Shown piece after piece: positions 24,801 to 39,532 of a stretch of 64,000 bases of DNA. The notes beneath the pieces are model-generated. The model did not search any database, was not told the DNA's origin, and worked only from the letters and a program-made list of their open reading frames with translations. Numbering within the stretch: the stretch's first letter is position 1; each line of letters begins with the position of its first letter. The translations under genes were made by a program, and so were the position numbers. This DNA comes from Gordius albopunctatus (Eukaryota): NCBI GenBank assembly GCA_964276515.1, contig OZ193909.1, forward strand, positions 11,966,001 through 12,030,000. Reading direction: 5' to 3'.

Positions 24801-27800
24801 TCCTGACCAGCCCATATTTAAAAAATTTGAATTTACTACTGCAAATAATGTGTTGATACATTGGATACCTCCAAATCATCCGAATGGAGACGTAATAAGT
24901 TACGATATTGATTACAAAGAAAAACGATCTAACGCTTGGGATTCATTAAGAATAACACAATTCGATGCCGACAGTCTTACACACGAAGTAAAATATTTTC
25001 CATCGATATATATATTTTTTTTGTAGATCGCTAATTTTTTACCTGATACTATGTATGAATTTGCCCTAAAAGCTAAAACTAAATCGGGATGGGGTAAACC
25101 ACAATTGGCCGATTTTTTTACAAGAAGCCTTAGATATGAAGGTACATTATAAACGTAAAGTTATTTGAAATTTTTTTTTTATTATAGACTTTCCGTTAAT
25201 CATAGTGAGCGATAAAAACAAATTAAAATATTTTAATGCTTGTCCTATTTCAAGATATGATCAAATAAATTATATATTTAGAAAATTTATAATTATCTGA
25301 TAATGTAATTGAAAGGGCTTAAAAATTTGTTATTATCGTGCTCTCTCATTTTCAAAAATTTATTAAATATTAATTAAGAAGGTCAAAATCTTTATGAAAA
25401 ATTACAGTGTATAAATTTAAGGTACTTTGGACTTGTCGAAAATCTATCTACAAAGTCAATTGATTCCGAATAAAAGTATGGCTATAAAAGTAATGTGGAA
25501 TATTGAGGGCGATGATCCTCATTTGCCATGGAGACACTTAGTTTTGCGCTACAAATTAAAACAAATTAATGAGAATGACGTTACTTTTGAACCTCTAAAA
25601 TCAATATACCTTAACCCGAACATTAAAGAATATATTTTATCGAAGTGAGTTTAAAGCATCATTTATATTTATTCCTAACTTTTGCAAAATCAATAAAATA
25701 AACTCATTTTTTATAACAGCGTGAAGCCAGCATCAATTTATTACTTCCAAATAAGGGCCATAAATGACATATATTTAACAAATTGGTTCGGTAACCGTGT
25801 TCATGATTACCTTGCCATTGAGACGACAAGCAGTAAACCAATAGGAATTCCTAAAATTATAAGTTACGATATCATATCAGAACGATCTATATCAATACGT
25901 TGGGAGGTAAATTGTAGTTTGAAATACTTCCAGAAAGATATCTATATTAATTAATATATGATAAGTATTAAACATTTTTATATAGTACAGATATTTGTAA
26001 AATTGCTATGTATTTTTTCAGTTGTTAATAATTGTAAAATCTTATATTTTGATACACCTTTAATAGGGGATAAAAAAATTGTCCTGGAATTCACCTAAAA
26101 TTGGATATGCTGTGTCTTACACCAAAATAACTACACATTACATGCTTACAAAATCCTTTGTGACCTATGTGACAACTAACAAAACGCATGATCTACCCAA
26201 AAAGAAAATAAATTTAAATGCCTCTGATATATTAAAAGGCTTGTCACAATTAACAATTTTTGGCGATGATTTTAAGGGCATATATAAAATTCACATTATT
26301 GCTTACAATGATGCTGGCCATCAAATATCAGAGCCTTTATTAGTCTACATCGGAGATTCATGTAACATGATTTATAAATTAATTTATTTTTAAAAATTGC
26401 CTCACATATCTTAATTAAGGTCCTCGGTAGTCTAATTAATAAAAATATTTTAGAATATGGGCCTGAGTCTCTTTTATTGCGTTTTACTATTGTGCAAATT
26501 TATTCTAAAAAGAGATTACTATATTTTCTCTATCTTTAATCTAATATTCAAATAATATTATATAATAATTTAAAGTTATTTAAATAATAATATGTAGTGC
26601 CAATAACATTTCCTACATTATTACCTGGAAATTCTACAAACTCAACATCATTATCCATTTGTGCTTCGTCGAAAGAACATTTTAATGTTGAAAAGAACGA
26701 GCCATTTGCGACATTTGTAATTAAAAATCTAATGACCTAAATTTTATATTACCTTTTTGTCCGTATATTATTAAATTTTAATATATTATGATAGGTTCGA
26801 TATCGATCTGCAAGCCCCAATTATTCAAACGCTTTAAATAAATATAGCCACCTAAATATTCCTTTCGCATTGCATAACGAACAGGATTGCCATCTTATTT
26901 CCCATCTAGAACCCTTCACGGAATACATATTCAACGGATTTTACTCAAACTTTGGTGGCAATGGATCAATATCTCCACCCCTTGTCATTAGGACTCTACA
27001 ATCAAGTGAAATGATTTCTATGCTAATTTATAAACAATAATAGAGGTTGACTTCCAAACACAATAGTATTCATTGTTTTTTAGCCTAACAAATAACTTTT
27101 TTGACCCATGCTGAGTTTTTTTTAAACTTATGTCGTTTTATATAATACTAAGGGGTTTTAAAGCTAATGAAACAAATATCTATTTCTTGAGTAGTAAGCT
27201 GTCTTCTTTTGTTATTTTGTATATATACCAAATTCAAATTTTAAATGTTGACTTCGTATTTTAGTACCAGGGCCCCCTGCACATTTAACTTTAAAAAATA
27301 TAACAATGGATAGTATGTTTATAACCTGGAACAACCCATCCAAGCCCAATGGTTTAATAGAGGGATATACGATTCAATACTACCCTTTGCTATTTCCAAG
27401 TAATATATAAAAAAATCACAACTTACATTTAAATATTAAAGGAAGTTCGCGATTTGTTACAGTGATATTTACAAATATATAGATGCTGACTGATAGTATG
27501 ATTTATTATTTCTAATATATAGGAGAGAAAATCAAGAAATCAACGATTGGCAACCAGACTAGCTTGTATATAACAGGGCTTAAACCTTATAAAACTTATA
27601 ATATCAACGTAGCTGCTAAAAATGAGTTTGGGATCGGTCCATTTATTTCAACAAATGCAACAACGGGTCCTCAGAAAGGTTTGGATATACATTAAATTTG
27701 AATTGTGTAATGTTCAATATAATACACATCAACTTGAATTATTAGGATCGCCATTAGAACCATATGATTTGACGGTTTCTCATGTTCCCGGGGACCTATT

Positions 27801-29910
27801 TCTGACGTTGCAATGGCAAAATTCAATAAATGATAATCATATTCAAGGTTATTATTTACAAAGCCTACGCGTAGATGACATTGGTCAAGAATGGATTAAT
27901 TCGGTAAGCTTATTGGGCTTTCTTGTATTTTGCGTTATGCAACTACTACCCTTAAACATTGGACGAAGTTTCAATGAATTTTATATTTCTTTAACTTTAT
28001 AATGCCATTTTGTATTCGTAGGCTGCGTTCCAAACTGAAAATGAAACATACGAATTGCCTTTAAAAAAACTTGTTACTTACTATAATTATACTTTTCGAT
28101 TACAAAGTTTTAATACAAATGGTGTAAGCAATTATTCTAAACCCTCTGAATGGATCGAAATATTCCCAGGTATACATTTTGATTAAAATTATTTTTAAAA
28201 TCATTTCTGTTTTCTTAGATATGCTGACACAATCAAATCGACCTTTAGTTGTCTACTATAATCAATGGTGGTTCTTGATAATAGTTGCTTTATCATCCAC
28301 AATTTTGATACTTATAATTATATCGTGGTTGTGCTGCAAGAGCCGAGATAAAAAATATAAAAGTAATATTCCTTAATCAAAAAATATATATTTGTATATA
28401 AATTTTAATAAAAACATAAGGATTAAAATTTATTAAACCTATAACGTATTAATTAAAATAAATGCATAAATAATTGAAGAGAAAATGGCGAGCGAGACAT
28501 TAGGAAATGGTGAAGTTGGCTCGAGTTCGATTTTACATTTAGCGAATCAAAGTGATAACGATACCATTAAAATTGAACATCTAACTCACGATAATACACC
28601 GGGATACCTGAATTCACAAAATTTGCTTAACCACAATTACATAGCAAATAGTTTATACCAAACCGAAGCTATTTTGAGATCTTCACGGCGTAATAGTAAA
28701 ATACGTGGCTCAACACGCGGAAGAAAATCTTCAATAAGACGACTTTCGCAACCCAAGTAAACACTCTTTCCATGCATTGTAAAACTCTAAAAACTTCTGA
28801 ATTAATGGAAAGTCTATTAAATTGTAATAAGGGGTTAAATTTTAGTTCCAAATAAAGATAAGTACTTCTTTGATTAAACTCTTAATTTTATCATATCTGT
28901 CATATATAGTTTTTGTTAAGATTGCGTAAATTAATGATTAATTTTTGATTGTAAGATTTCCCAACGGAAGTGATCTTTCAAGGGTCATTTATCCTGAAGA
29001 CAATGATAGTGAGGCCCAACAATCGACTCTTCCACACCTATTCTATCAAGAAACAATGCCCAAATACCAGAGCCCAGAAAAATTATCCATGAGTAGTTTT
29101 GATCCAAAAAATAACGAGAAAAATCGAAATAAAGTAGCCAATGCATTTTCAAATGATGCCTACACAACAAATTACAATAGCTCAAGTTCCATTTTATCGA
29201 TGTCGGAAAAACCTTTTGAAGCGCATTCTTTCGTTTTAGGTGGAGAAAGTTATCAAGTGAGACTTACCGATAATCGTTATTTGCTAGCGACTTTTTATTT
29301 GTTGGCCTACTCACTGATCTAATATAACTATAATTAAATAACGACAAAAAATAATTAATAACGGCTTACATTTTTTTCAATTCGATTGAGATTAAAGAAG
29401 TTCGCTATTATGGTGTGAGCTAGCATGACTTTTTTACTGTTATATATGCATAAATTCTTTTAGATTAAAAAGAGTCGAAACCATCAGATAAATGCTGAAA
29501 ATCAGTCATACGTAGACAGTGACCCTCAATCTTCGCTTGTTAGTCATTATACTGCCTCCTATCAAGACCGTCGCAAGAAACTCATGGGCACAAATCCCAA
29601 ACATTCAAAAGTAAAAAAAGGCGCAAAAGGTCCGCCACCGCCTAAACGTTCTGATGCTCTTCCCTCTATATCTACTAATTCCGTGTCCACATTTACTTCG
29701 CTGAATAAATCTAAACAATTTGTTAACAAGCATACATCTGCGTCCAACAACTATGCATTTCCATTAAACTCCTCTGAAAGTTATGTATTGCATGAAGGAC
29801 GTGCCTTGGATAATGTAGCTAACACTAAAAGGGAGGATCATGTTAATAAATTTGATATGATGACAGCTGGTACACGAGCACCGCTCCCTCCCTTAGGATC
29901 TTTCGTTTAA
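15884..29910 (+). CDS. sdk: Sidekick cell-adhesion molecule, multi-exon (about 35 exons)
   Basis: Signal exon 15884-15992 (MKAAGLIILYHLLVH) splices in phase to 16693. Six Ig-like domains (16.7-20.3 kb) and thirteen FN3 repeats (20.5-28.2 kb). TM YYNQWWFLIIVALSS matches the Sidekick juxtamembrane motif. C-terminus AGTRAPLPPLGSFV* matches the Sidekick PDZ-binding end. GT-AG introns. Confidence 0.92.
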
Positions 29911-30406
29911 AAGAGGATATTAAGATGCATTGCAAGCCCAAATTCCTCCAAAATAGTGTATATTGCTCAAAGACCGCTTTCTCTGATTAAATATAATAAT
30001 ATTACTTGATTGATTTACAAAATGAAAAATTTATCCGCAATAATAAATATATTATTTATGTATAGAATACTTTAAAGTATTAATAAACGTTAAATATAAA
30101 TAGTAAAGAGGCTTAACAATGTGCTTTGATTGTTCCTCATAATTATATAGCATGGTAATGCATTATGAGTTATTTGATTGCATATATTTGTGGTTAAATA
30201 GCATTTAGATCGGTCTATAAGATGGAATTAAACATGGATTTATTAGAGTGCTTTAAGTCCAGCACTTTCCGAAACCTTTGCCCTTTAATTAAGGCCTTGA
30301 GCTGAGTGTACCTAAAGAAATATATTAGCTCATAATTAGACTAAATTTTGGAAAAATAAAAACATTTATAAAACTATTTAGGTAAAAGATTAAATAATAT
30401 AGTAAC

Positions 30407-33391
30407 TTACACCTTACTACATCTTGTATTGCATTGTCGGGGACAACCTTCGCCGATTGTTTTAGCATCAGAAGTATTTGCTGAGCAACCGAATTTTTTA
30501 TGTAGATCATTGCAGGAGCCCCATAAATTTTGGCAAATTAAATCTATAATATAGCAAATATGAATTTAAGCAAAATGCCTACCACACTTGTCAAAAAGTT
30601 TTCCTACAAAATTTTCATCTTGTGAACATTTTCTTTTTCCAGGACACAACTTGCAACTTTGTTTATGACCGGCAATGTAAGGGATATCCATTTCATTTTT
30701 TATGTTACCTCTAGTTGTAAAAAATACATTATTAAGCACAAGTGGTATACGTCCTACCTGGGACAATAATTACACACCCAATGATAAGTGCGATTAAAAG
30801 GATCATTTGGACAGATCGCCATAGCACATCCTACGTATTTGGTAGAACTCCAAACAAGCTTTAAACAAATTTTAAATAAATTTTATTTAAAGAAACGTCA
30901 TAGTATGTAAATTGTTTAATTAATATATATCAATTTTAATGCTTGAAACGATTCTGAGGGAGTTAAGAAAATTTATATCTATGTTTCGTTTTTATACAAT
31001 ATCATACACAACTTTAAAAAAAACTATATATAAAATTCGTTTATTTCAGTAAAAGTTGTTTTAAATAATATTCATATGTGCTCAAAGTTTTATAAATATA
31101 ATAAAAGCTTTGCTTAAATTATTCGTGTTTTGTATAGCTATTTAACAGACAAATATTTAGAAAGAATTTTGGATGAATGGAAACTATGGATAATCAATTA
31201 TATAAAATAAGCATTAAAAATTCAAAAAGGGAGGCGTTTGGCACGTAGCATTTTACAAGATATTTATTAGATGAATAAACTGTAGCAGCAAAAATCACAA
31301 AAAGATTCTAAAATCACCAGCACTTAGTAAAAAGTACATGAATTGATGCGATTTGTTTGACTAAACGTATTAAATGAGAACCATTATAATTAATTATATA
31401 TAGTTTTAAACTAGAGTTTATATTTTAGTTAAAATCTCATTCCCTAAATGAATTCGCAACTTCTATCCTGAATTACAAACATATTTAAAGCAGATTAAGA
31501 AATATATATATACTAATTGTTTTAATCAGTAGCGTAGCTAGATGGGGGGGGGGCAAGGGCTTCCAAGAGGAAAAACCTGACCCCCTTCCCTCTTCAGGAA
31601 TTTCCTAGCCTCTTTGCCCCCCCAAGCAATTATTTATTATATTTTAGCTTAAAAATAATAATTAAATTTATTATTTTTTAAATAAGTAAATATTTTAACT
31701 GGCTAAGCGACTTCTTAATATTAAGTTTCTGCTTTGTTATTTATTAACATACAATGTAAAAGGACAGGCAGTCAAAACTTAACGTATTTTTAAAGTCCTT
31801 ATCTTCAAATATCAGCTCAAATTAAGTGTGTATTTTATACCGGTTCTTGCACGTGTTCCGGTCGTATATTTAGGATTGGGGCAATATCATTGGTCATTTT
31901 ACAAAAATTATAATTTTTTTGTCAATTTACCAATTCCATTGCTCTAATTTATTTGTACAAACTCACTACACGCTATATAATTATTATAATCCTTTCTATT
32001 GGTTAGTTTAGTATGCTTCATTTATTATATATGAAATTTTTTTTATATTGCGGTAATTTTACTTAGGGACCTGCACGACCTGGGCATAAAAACTCAACCC
32101 TCGGGCCAGTCTTTTGTTTTAAATAACAACTTGCCAGGACGGGCCATAATATAACCTAGCGAGTTCGAGTCGGGCTTGATATGAGAAAGCTGAAAGCCCG
32201 TTACAAAATCATTTAGATTTTTATGTTTTATAAAGTATAAAGAAGAATGTGTTTTTTATATTAATTTATAATTATTTAATGTTGGAAATAAAATTTAACG
32301 AGCATAATTAAAAAAAACGGGCTTGGGCTTGTAAAAAATTAGAGTAGTGGGATTATTATTTTAATGGCCCTGATCGCGCCTTGGTTTTAATTTTCTTATA
32401 AAGGGCGGACTAATTGATGTAAAGGGCCCGTTGCAGGTCTATAATTTTGCATTCGCGTGTGTAGGGCGAAGATAAGAGGGAAGATCTAAGCTTTGGGAAC
32501 ACATTATTAATATGGACTTTAAAAGGTACATTCAAATGATTTTTGAATCAAATAAGGAATATCTGATCATCAAGTTTGACAAATAGCTATGGAAAATTTT
32601 TTTAAATCGCCCTTGACCCCTCTCCGGGTGCAAAATTTAAGTTCGCCTCACCCCTTAAGGGAAAAATGCTGGCTACGCCGCTGGTATTTACTTGTGTGTA
32701 ATGCTTAATTGGTAAGCCATTTTGAGGTCCTCCATATACAAAACCTTTTCCTTCCCTAAACCACATTACTATTATGTCTTCCCATCCACCTAAGCTAGGT
32801 GTGTAAGCAATATTCTGTCCACAACCAGTGTTCCAAAATGCTACAAGATTTTAAAAATAATCTTTAAATGGTTTATATACCTTTGGGCGTTCTTGCTTTT
32901 TCATCGTCATGTCCTTTATAACATTGTTGTACGCGTTTCATTGCCAATTGCGCTGCTTCTTCTAACCATCTCTTTTAACGTAATATAATTTTACGAAACC
33001 TTATTTATTATACATATAGTAGATTCATTTTTTAATTAAGTTTAAAGTAGATCAATAAAGCTCTATAGCATCATAAATTGTAGAACTTAGTAAAGAGAAT
33101 TAGATTAAGTGAGAATACTATTTGAAGCATATCGGTGGCTGGTGGTGTTACGCGACACCGAAACTGATTGTGATTGTTAACAATTGACATACGATCCTCG
33201 GGGCTCGTAATAACAACTTTTATACCATCTTTGTTCCTCATATAATTCTATAAAAAGACATTTAAGTTTATGTCTATATATTTTTCAAATTACCTGCATG
33301 TTTGCTAATGTTGTAGGCTTCCATTCAAACACTAAACCAGTTTCATCGCTCGCTTGGTTGCTATTTGATAGGAGTATGGTATCGACAAAGT
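30407..33391 (-). CDS. CRISP-like CAP/SCP (venom-allergen-like) protein with hinge and ShK-like Cys-rich C-terminus; multi-exon, 5' end unresolved
   Basis: Exons 33294-~33391, 33119-33247 (HNQFRCRVTPPATDML), 32881-32971 (WLEEAAQLA..C..GH), 32692-32840 (CGQNIA..WEDIIVMWFRE..HYTQ), 30758-30858 (LVWSSTKYVGCA..C..VCNYCP), 30583-30710 (GN..PYIAG..CKLCP..C), 30407-30543 (six-Cys tail). The exons join in frame through GT-AG introns. Confidence 0.9.
31528..32683. mobile_element. composite hAT-like MITE in the CAP gene intron, with a nested GGGCC-rich element (about 32065-32442)
   Basis: TIRs CAGTAGCGTAGCTAG / CTGGCTACGCCGCTG. Inner element ends TAGGGACCTGCAC / TGCAGGTCTATA. Homologous in inverted orientation to 53340-54554. 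Confidence 0.7.
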
Positions 33392-33923
33392 CTAAATGAG
33401 TAGATATTTGTAAGCAATTTCAAATTTGTTCATTGAACCATTTTATATGGGTTATTCAAATAACCTGGTGTAATTAACTAATGATTTAAATTTTTTATCT
33501 TTTATGTGAAGGGGAGATTATGATTGGGACTTATATATTAGACAAATCTGTAAATGTAATATCTTTAGATCACATTTTATAACAAATTTGAATATATGTT
33601 TTAAAATATAATTTACAACGGTAATTATAAATGTAATATAGGCACTCATTGGTTGTGTTTTTGGTTTAAATATAACAAACATAAGTAATAAAAATAATAA
33701 ATATTTGGATATTGGTTGACACGGATCATGTATAATTATTTATATTGTCCCAAGATTAGATATCAATGCTTTAAAATGTGGCTAGACAATTAAGTACTTA
33801 AAAAAGTGAGTAATTATACGAAATATACCGAAATAAGATAATTTAATAATATTAAAAAGGGGTGGAGTGAATAGGGAAGATTTTAATCGTGATTATCTGG
33901 TCTAAGGGGGGCGTTTGTGATGA

Positions 33924-34355
33924 TGACACGCGAAGCGAAAAAAGCGAAGTGCATTTTTGTGGTAATTTATCAAACTTTTCATTATTTTGCTTAGTATATT
34001 TATATTCATCGTGAATTTTATCATATATCAATGGTATTGCACGAATATCATTGATAAGATCGTAATTATTTTATAAACATATAAAATTATATAAAAAATA
34101 CATACATAGCAAATTCAATTTTTTAACGATCGCGCGAAAAGTGCAAAATGATTTGTATCTTATTTTCGTTCGCTTTTTGCCACGGGCGAAAATAATCGTC
34201 TGCGGTTGCACTATGAACGCTTCTTATTTAGAATTGTTATTTTCGTGATATATGTGATAAATTCTACGATGAATATAAATATATTAAGCAAAATAATGAA
34301 AAGTTTGATAATTTAGCACAAAAATTCACTTCGCTTTTTTTCGCTTCGCGCGTCA
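33924..34355. mobile_element. foldback MITE with inverted arms of about 105 bp
   Basis: TGACACGCGAAGCGAAAAAAGCGAAGTG...TTATCAAACTTTTCATTATTTTGCTTA is near-perfectly mirrored at 34246-34355. Confidence 0.85.
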
Positions 34356-37300
34356 ATTTTGTACATATAAAATCGCTCTCATAGATTATTTGTTTCTTAA
34401 TCATAAATAAAATAATATATCTTAAAAAATATTATACAAATTCAAAAATTATAGTTATTTGTAAATAGTCAGAATTTAAATTGATTTTTCAAAGGCTTAT
34501 TTATAAACCTAAGCCATCAAGGTACCATTCGATTATACATATTCAAGTTAAGAATACTGATTTAATGTTAAATAAACCATGTATCCCATGATCTCCCAGT
34601 CTCTTCCAACATAACCTTTTATGATAAAATGTGTATTTAAACAATTAGTTTAAATAACTTTGTGATTTTTATACATGATTTGATTCAGATTTGAAACTGT
34701 ATAGAGTTACATTAGGGCTTAGACATTTTTTAAAAATTGGTCTATGAATAAAATTTTTTAATTTTTATTTTATTAAATTTTGTTCTACCCAAATAACATA
34801 TTTTCTCCCGGGTTACAATATATTAGAAATGGGTTGGGCGGGCCCGCAGGCCGGGCTCAGGCTTAATTAAAAAATTTAGATTGATTTGGCTTGAATGCAC
34901 ATAATAGCTTTAAAATAAAAAATAATATTTATTTCAACAAAAATCTGGAATTTAAACATAATCACAGAAGTTATCTATTTCGATATTTTTGGCATAATTA
35001 TATAGATAATGCATTAAAAGTCGAGGAGATAGTGTTAATTTTTAACTTTCTTTCTGGAACATTTCTGTCACTATTCAAATACATATGAACAATATATTTT
35101 TTACGGTAATTTAATGATCATCATGTTTTATTAATTACTTGGCACTAGCTGAGATTAGTTACTTTAAGATCAATAAATGCTTCTTATAAAAAGAAATAAT
35201 TTTTAAACAACGTCGACTTGTTTTTACTATCAATTTCTGGGTTTTATCTGCGGGCTGGGTGTGGGCCGAAAAATTTTTTTGTGTGCGGGGCCGGACCTGG
35301 CCCTAAACGTTCGGCCCATGTAGATCTCTACAATATATATATATTTTCCCATCACTTGTTATTTGTATTGAATTAAAAAAGCAGGGAGGGTGACTACAAA
35401 TTTGAACTAATTAATTTTAAAAATGTTAACAGCTGAGCCTCTAAGAATAAGAATAGTTTAAAATTATATAAAACTGCTTGAATTATGTACATGCAAAATC
35501 TAAAAACCCTAAATCATTAGGAATACACACAAACAATAACCTTTAAAATTAGGGCCAGTTATGTCAAGTAAAATTAATTTTAAAATTGTGTCATGATTTC
35601 GGTTAAATTTTTGTCGGATATCTCGCAATTTAGTGATTGTTCACCTCATTCAAAATTAATAATTAATTAGGCTCAAAATTTAAATTATTATAAATCACTA
35701 GTTTCAAACTTACTATATATAAAAATAATAACAAGAAATTTTTGATAGATGTTCCGCAATAATAACATAGCTTGTCCGTTTGAAGCATACGAATATTTAT
35801 ATAGATAAGGTATATGCATTTTAGGTCAGAGATTGGCTAATACATCGATTTCTTTAGTATGCAGCGATGATAGATTTTTAGATAGTATCAAAGGATGGAT
35901 ATTGTAATCTTAACGCGATCACTATTTCTTAGAATTTATAAGATTTCAAACTTTAATATATTGTAAGTATAAGATTTATGGATTTATGAGCTAGTAAGAA
36001 ATGCCACCCTGCATTTCACCTTTTGAATTGCAATTAAGCTACAAGATTTGGCCTGTAGATAGTAACGTGTTTTTGACAAACATGTGTCAAGCTTTATGTG
36101 TCCCACAATCATTTATAGTTTGTTTTTGAATTGTTTATTTTTATAATGCTTATTGTGGTTTGATGTTTAATACTTTATTTGGTTTTAGACAGAAAGATAC
36201 ATAATGTCTAGCATATAAACATTTGCATAATTTGACAACATCGGTCACAAAAATCTTTGTAATGGGTACAATTTAGATTTTTCTTTGTATGTGTTTCTAG
36301 TGTGTATTGCTCTAGGGTTGATTCTCATTAAAATCCTATTTCCCAGACACTGTGGAACTCTAATTTGAAAATACGCTACCCAAGTACCGATTACCGATTG
36401 CTATTAATATGGTCACCACCTTAGGAAAATAGCACTTCTCCACAAGCTCAAGAGTGTCTTTCATAAAAAATTATATAATTTTATATTTTTAATTGTCCTT
36501 AGGCAAATGCTTATATTATTTATTATGCAAATAGGGGGGTAAAAAAGTAAAATAGTCCATTTGTGCCCAAGGAAAAATATCATTGAATGTACACATAGGT
36601 AATGGTTATGTGTTAATAAATGGTATATGAGTTGCTTGAAATGTCGTTTATAGTTGAGCTTGCCAATTTAAGACTCCTTATTTTATATGAAACGTCTTTA
36701 ATGTGCCACAATATAGTATCGTTATGTTTATTACGTATGTAATTAAAAGTCCATCCCGTTCATTAATTTTTGCATGACCCAAATGAGTCTATCTCAAAAT
36801 AAATATATAAACATATGAAAGTTTACAAATCAATTTGGCCTTAATGCCTTATACTGTTTTACAACTTTAAAATTAAGCGGTTATTTAATCAGAAAATATT
36901 TTAATAGGAGAATACGAAATAGCAAGGCCATACTATAAATATCGGAAATTAAAACACTTTATTTTCACAATTTTTTTGTTTAAATCAAATATAAAGTTGC
37001 GAAATGCCGAAAGTAAATATACAATAATAATATTCGCATATTCTTAATTAAGCATTTAAAACAATTTACCTCCAGCCCCACCTCTAAGTATTGGACTCAT
37101 GCATATTTTAAGTAATTTTAAAAATCTTTCTTATCAAAACAATTAAGATAACAAAATTTATAGCCTGCTAGGAAAGAATATGAATTAATTATAAACTACT
37201 ATATATTTTGAAAAATCTCAACAAGGGATACTATTAAACTTGCTTATCAATTAGTAGAGACCATAGCTAGAGACTTAAGTTCACTTTAGGTGTCAACTTA

Positions 37301-37728
37301 TAATAGTGATAATAGAGGTTTTCGATTGAACCTATAAAATATCGATAAATAAAATTTACTTTATGAAATTGGTAATAAATAACAATATTGTGAGCAAATA
37401 CAACAAACTTTTTTTGCAACCACAGTCGCTAATCTTAAATAAATTTATAATTTGATGTATTAACTCCAAGCTTATTTTAATCGTTAAATTTGAAGGAGGT
37501 ATTTGAAGAAACAAGTCTTTTAAAAACAGTATGAGATCAATCATCCTTTATTTTAGGCTAATTTTCGACTTGTTGATTGATAATTCAGACAATTAATAAA
37601 ATGCGGTTTATCCATTCATCTAAATTGTAAATATTTTTACTTTTATTACATTAATAAAAGCCAAATAAATATAAAATACATTCCCCTTTTAGCGTCACCC
37701 ATTTTTACGTTTTTATTGTGACCTGATG

Positions 37729-37897
37729 TATGGGCGTAGCCAGCTTTGGAATTAGAGGGGGCAATAATGATTTAGGCATTTTTAGGGAGGGCAAATATGA
37801 ACATTTTTTAAAATTTTAGCCATAATTTTAATAAATTTCAACAATTTTTTGGATTTAGAGGGGGGCAGCCGCCCCCCCCCCCTCGGCTACGCACATG
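37729..37897. mobile_element. hAT-type MITE
   Basis: TIR TATGGGCGTAGCC / GGCTACGCACATG; 8-bp TSD ACCTGATG. Confidence 0.85.
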
Positions 37898-39532
37898 ACC
37901 TGATGTATGCCATTAAAGTTATAAGTAAAACCAGTTATCTACGTTTCATTATAAATCCCATAAAAATGGAATAAATATATGAGTTATCACATTAAAAAAT
38001 TAAATTCACAAACGAAGGCGATTATATAAAAATTTGAGTAGTTTGGAGTTTTGATTTAAAGTCTGTTAATAAATCGGGTAAATATCATATTATACAATTC
38101 TTTAATATGCTTATTCTAATTACTAACTTAATTTCAAAATTTAATATACATGTTTTCCCCAATAACATAAGAAATAAACAAATCTACAATTATTCATTAT
38201 TTTTTGCTCAAATTAACTCTATCCGTTAACAGTTTCAATTAATTAATCATTACAAATATCAAAACTATTATTCCCATCATGCAATCAAAATGGCAATAAG
38301 TTTTTTACTGGTCCATATAAACGGAACTATAGAGTATCCTAAAAGTATATTGGTTTGCAATGATTTAAAACCGTTGGATAATTAATACTAACTGTTAAAA
38401 GATATGTAGATTTTTGATGTTTTTCCTCTCAAATAGGTTATTGTTTTATTCGAACTCAGGGCAACACTGTTATGTTCGGGAGAGTTATGTTCGGGAGTCC
38501 TTTTTATGTTTTGCGGTATGGGGTTTGCTTTAGGATCTGTTGATGACCGAATATTTGATGCTAGTTTGCTGGGATTTTTTAGCTGAGCTGAATTTTGTAC
38601 TTAATTACGAATAAAGCCTACCCCTTTTATCTTTTATCCACAATTACAATAACGTATATGCTCTAACTCCTAAGCTAAGACTATGGTAGTGGTGTTTTGG
38701 GAAAGGAGAGAGGAAAGTTGCGTCGGGGAAGGTAATATTTAAGGCGAACATTAAATGTTTAGGATAAACTTTACATTAATTGGCCGAGAATAGATCCTTG
38801 CCCTCTTAAACCTCTATTAATTACCCATTAATCTTAACCCTTTTCTTTGTGGAATCTTACTTAAACCATAAAAATGGATTGCTTATAAAAATCCCTCTAA
38901 TGGTAATTATTCCCATTTATTAACGATTGGCTCTTCAAAGAGAACGGCCATGAAATTTTTTCCACTTCTTTCGCCTCATCCATCACAGTTATAGTACTCA
39001 TTAAAAAATCTGATTTCCTAATCGAACCCATATATGAAACTTTTCTCGATCACCAAGAACGGCTGACGGTAATTACTTTTAACTAGTTTTATAAACGCGA
39101 TAGCAATATACCACAATTACAAAGGGAATACAAGAGGCGGGGATAACACGGGCTGGGCCGGCACGGTGGTGACGTCATGCTTGGGAGTTAAATTGGGAAT
39201 GCCAAAATGTCATTGTGGCTTGTTGATATAACATTTACTATAAAAACTTGCAAATAGTATGAGATTTAAAAATTTAATAGGCTATAAATTATTTTGTAGA
39301 TTGCACTAAGTCTAAATTATTTGGACGTTTACAGACCAATAAATATATGCATACAATTAATTTAAAATATTAGACTTATGTTATATGCGTAGCTATGTTT
39401 TTATAAAATTAACGATTGCCTCATTAACAAATAATTTATACAAGTTACTATTTTAATATGCCAGGTAAATAGATTTTATAGAGGTCAATCATGTGTATTA
39501 GCATCGTTAAATTAAATGTTAATATAATAATC

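Noticed and set aside
30566..30766. Cys-rich ORF that first looked like a piggyBac C-terminal domain
   Set aside because: It is the hinge exon of the CAP/CRISP gene plus flanking intron sequence.
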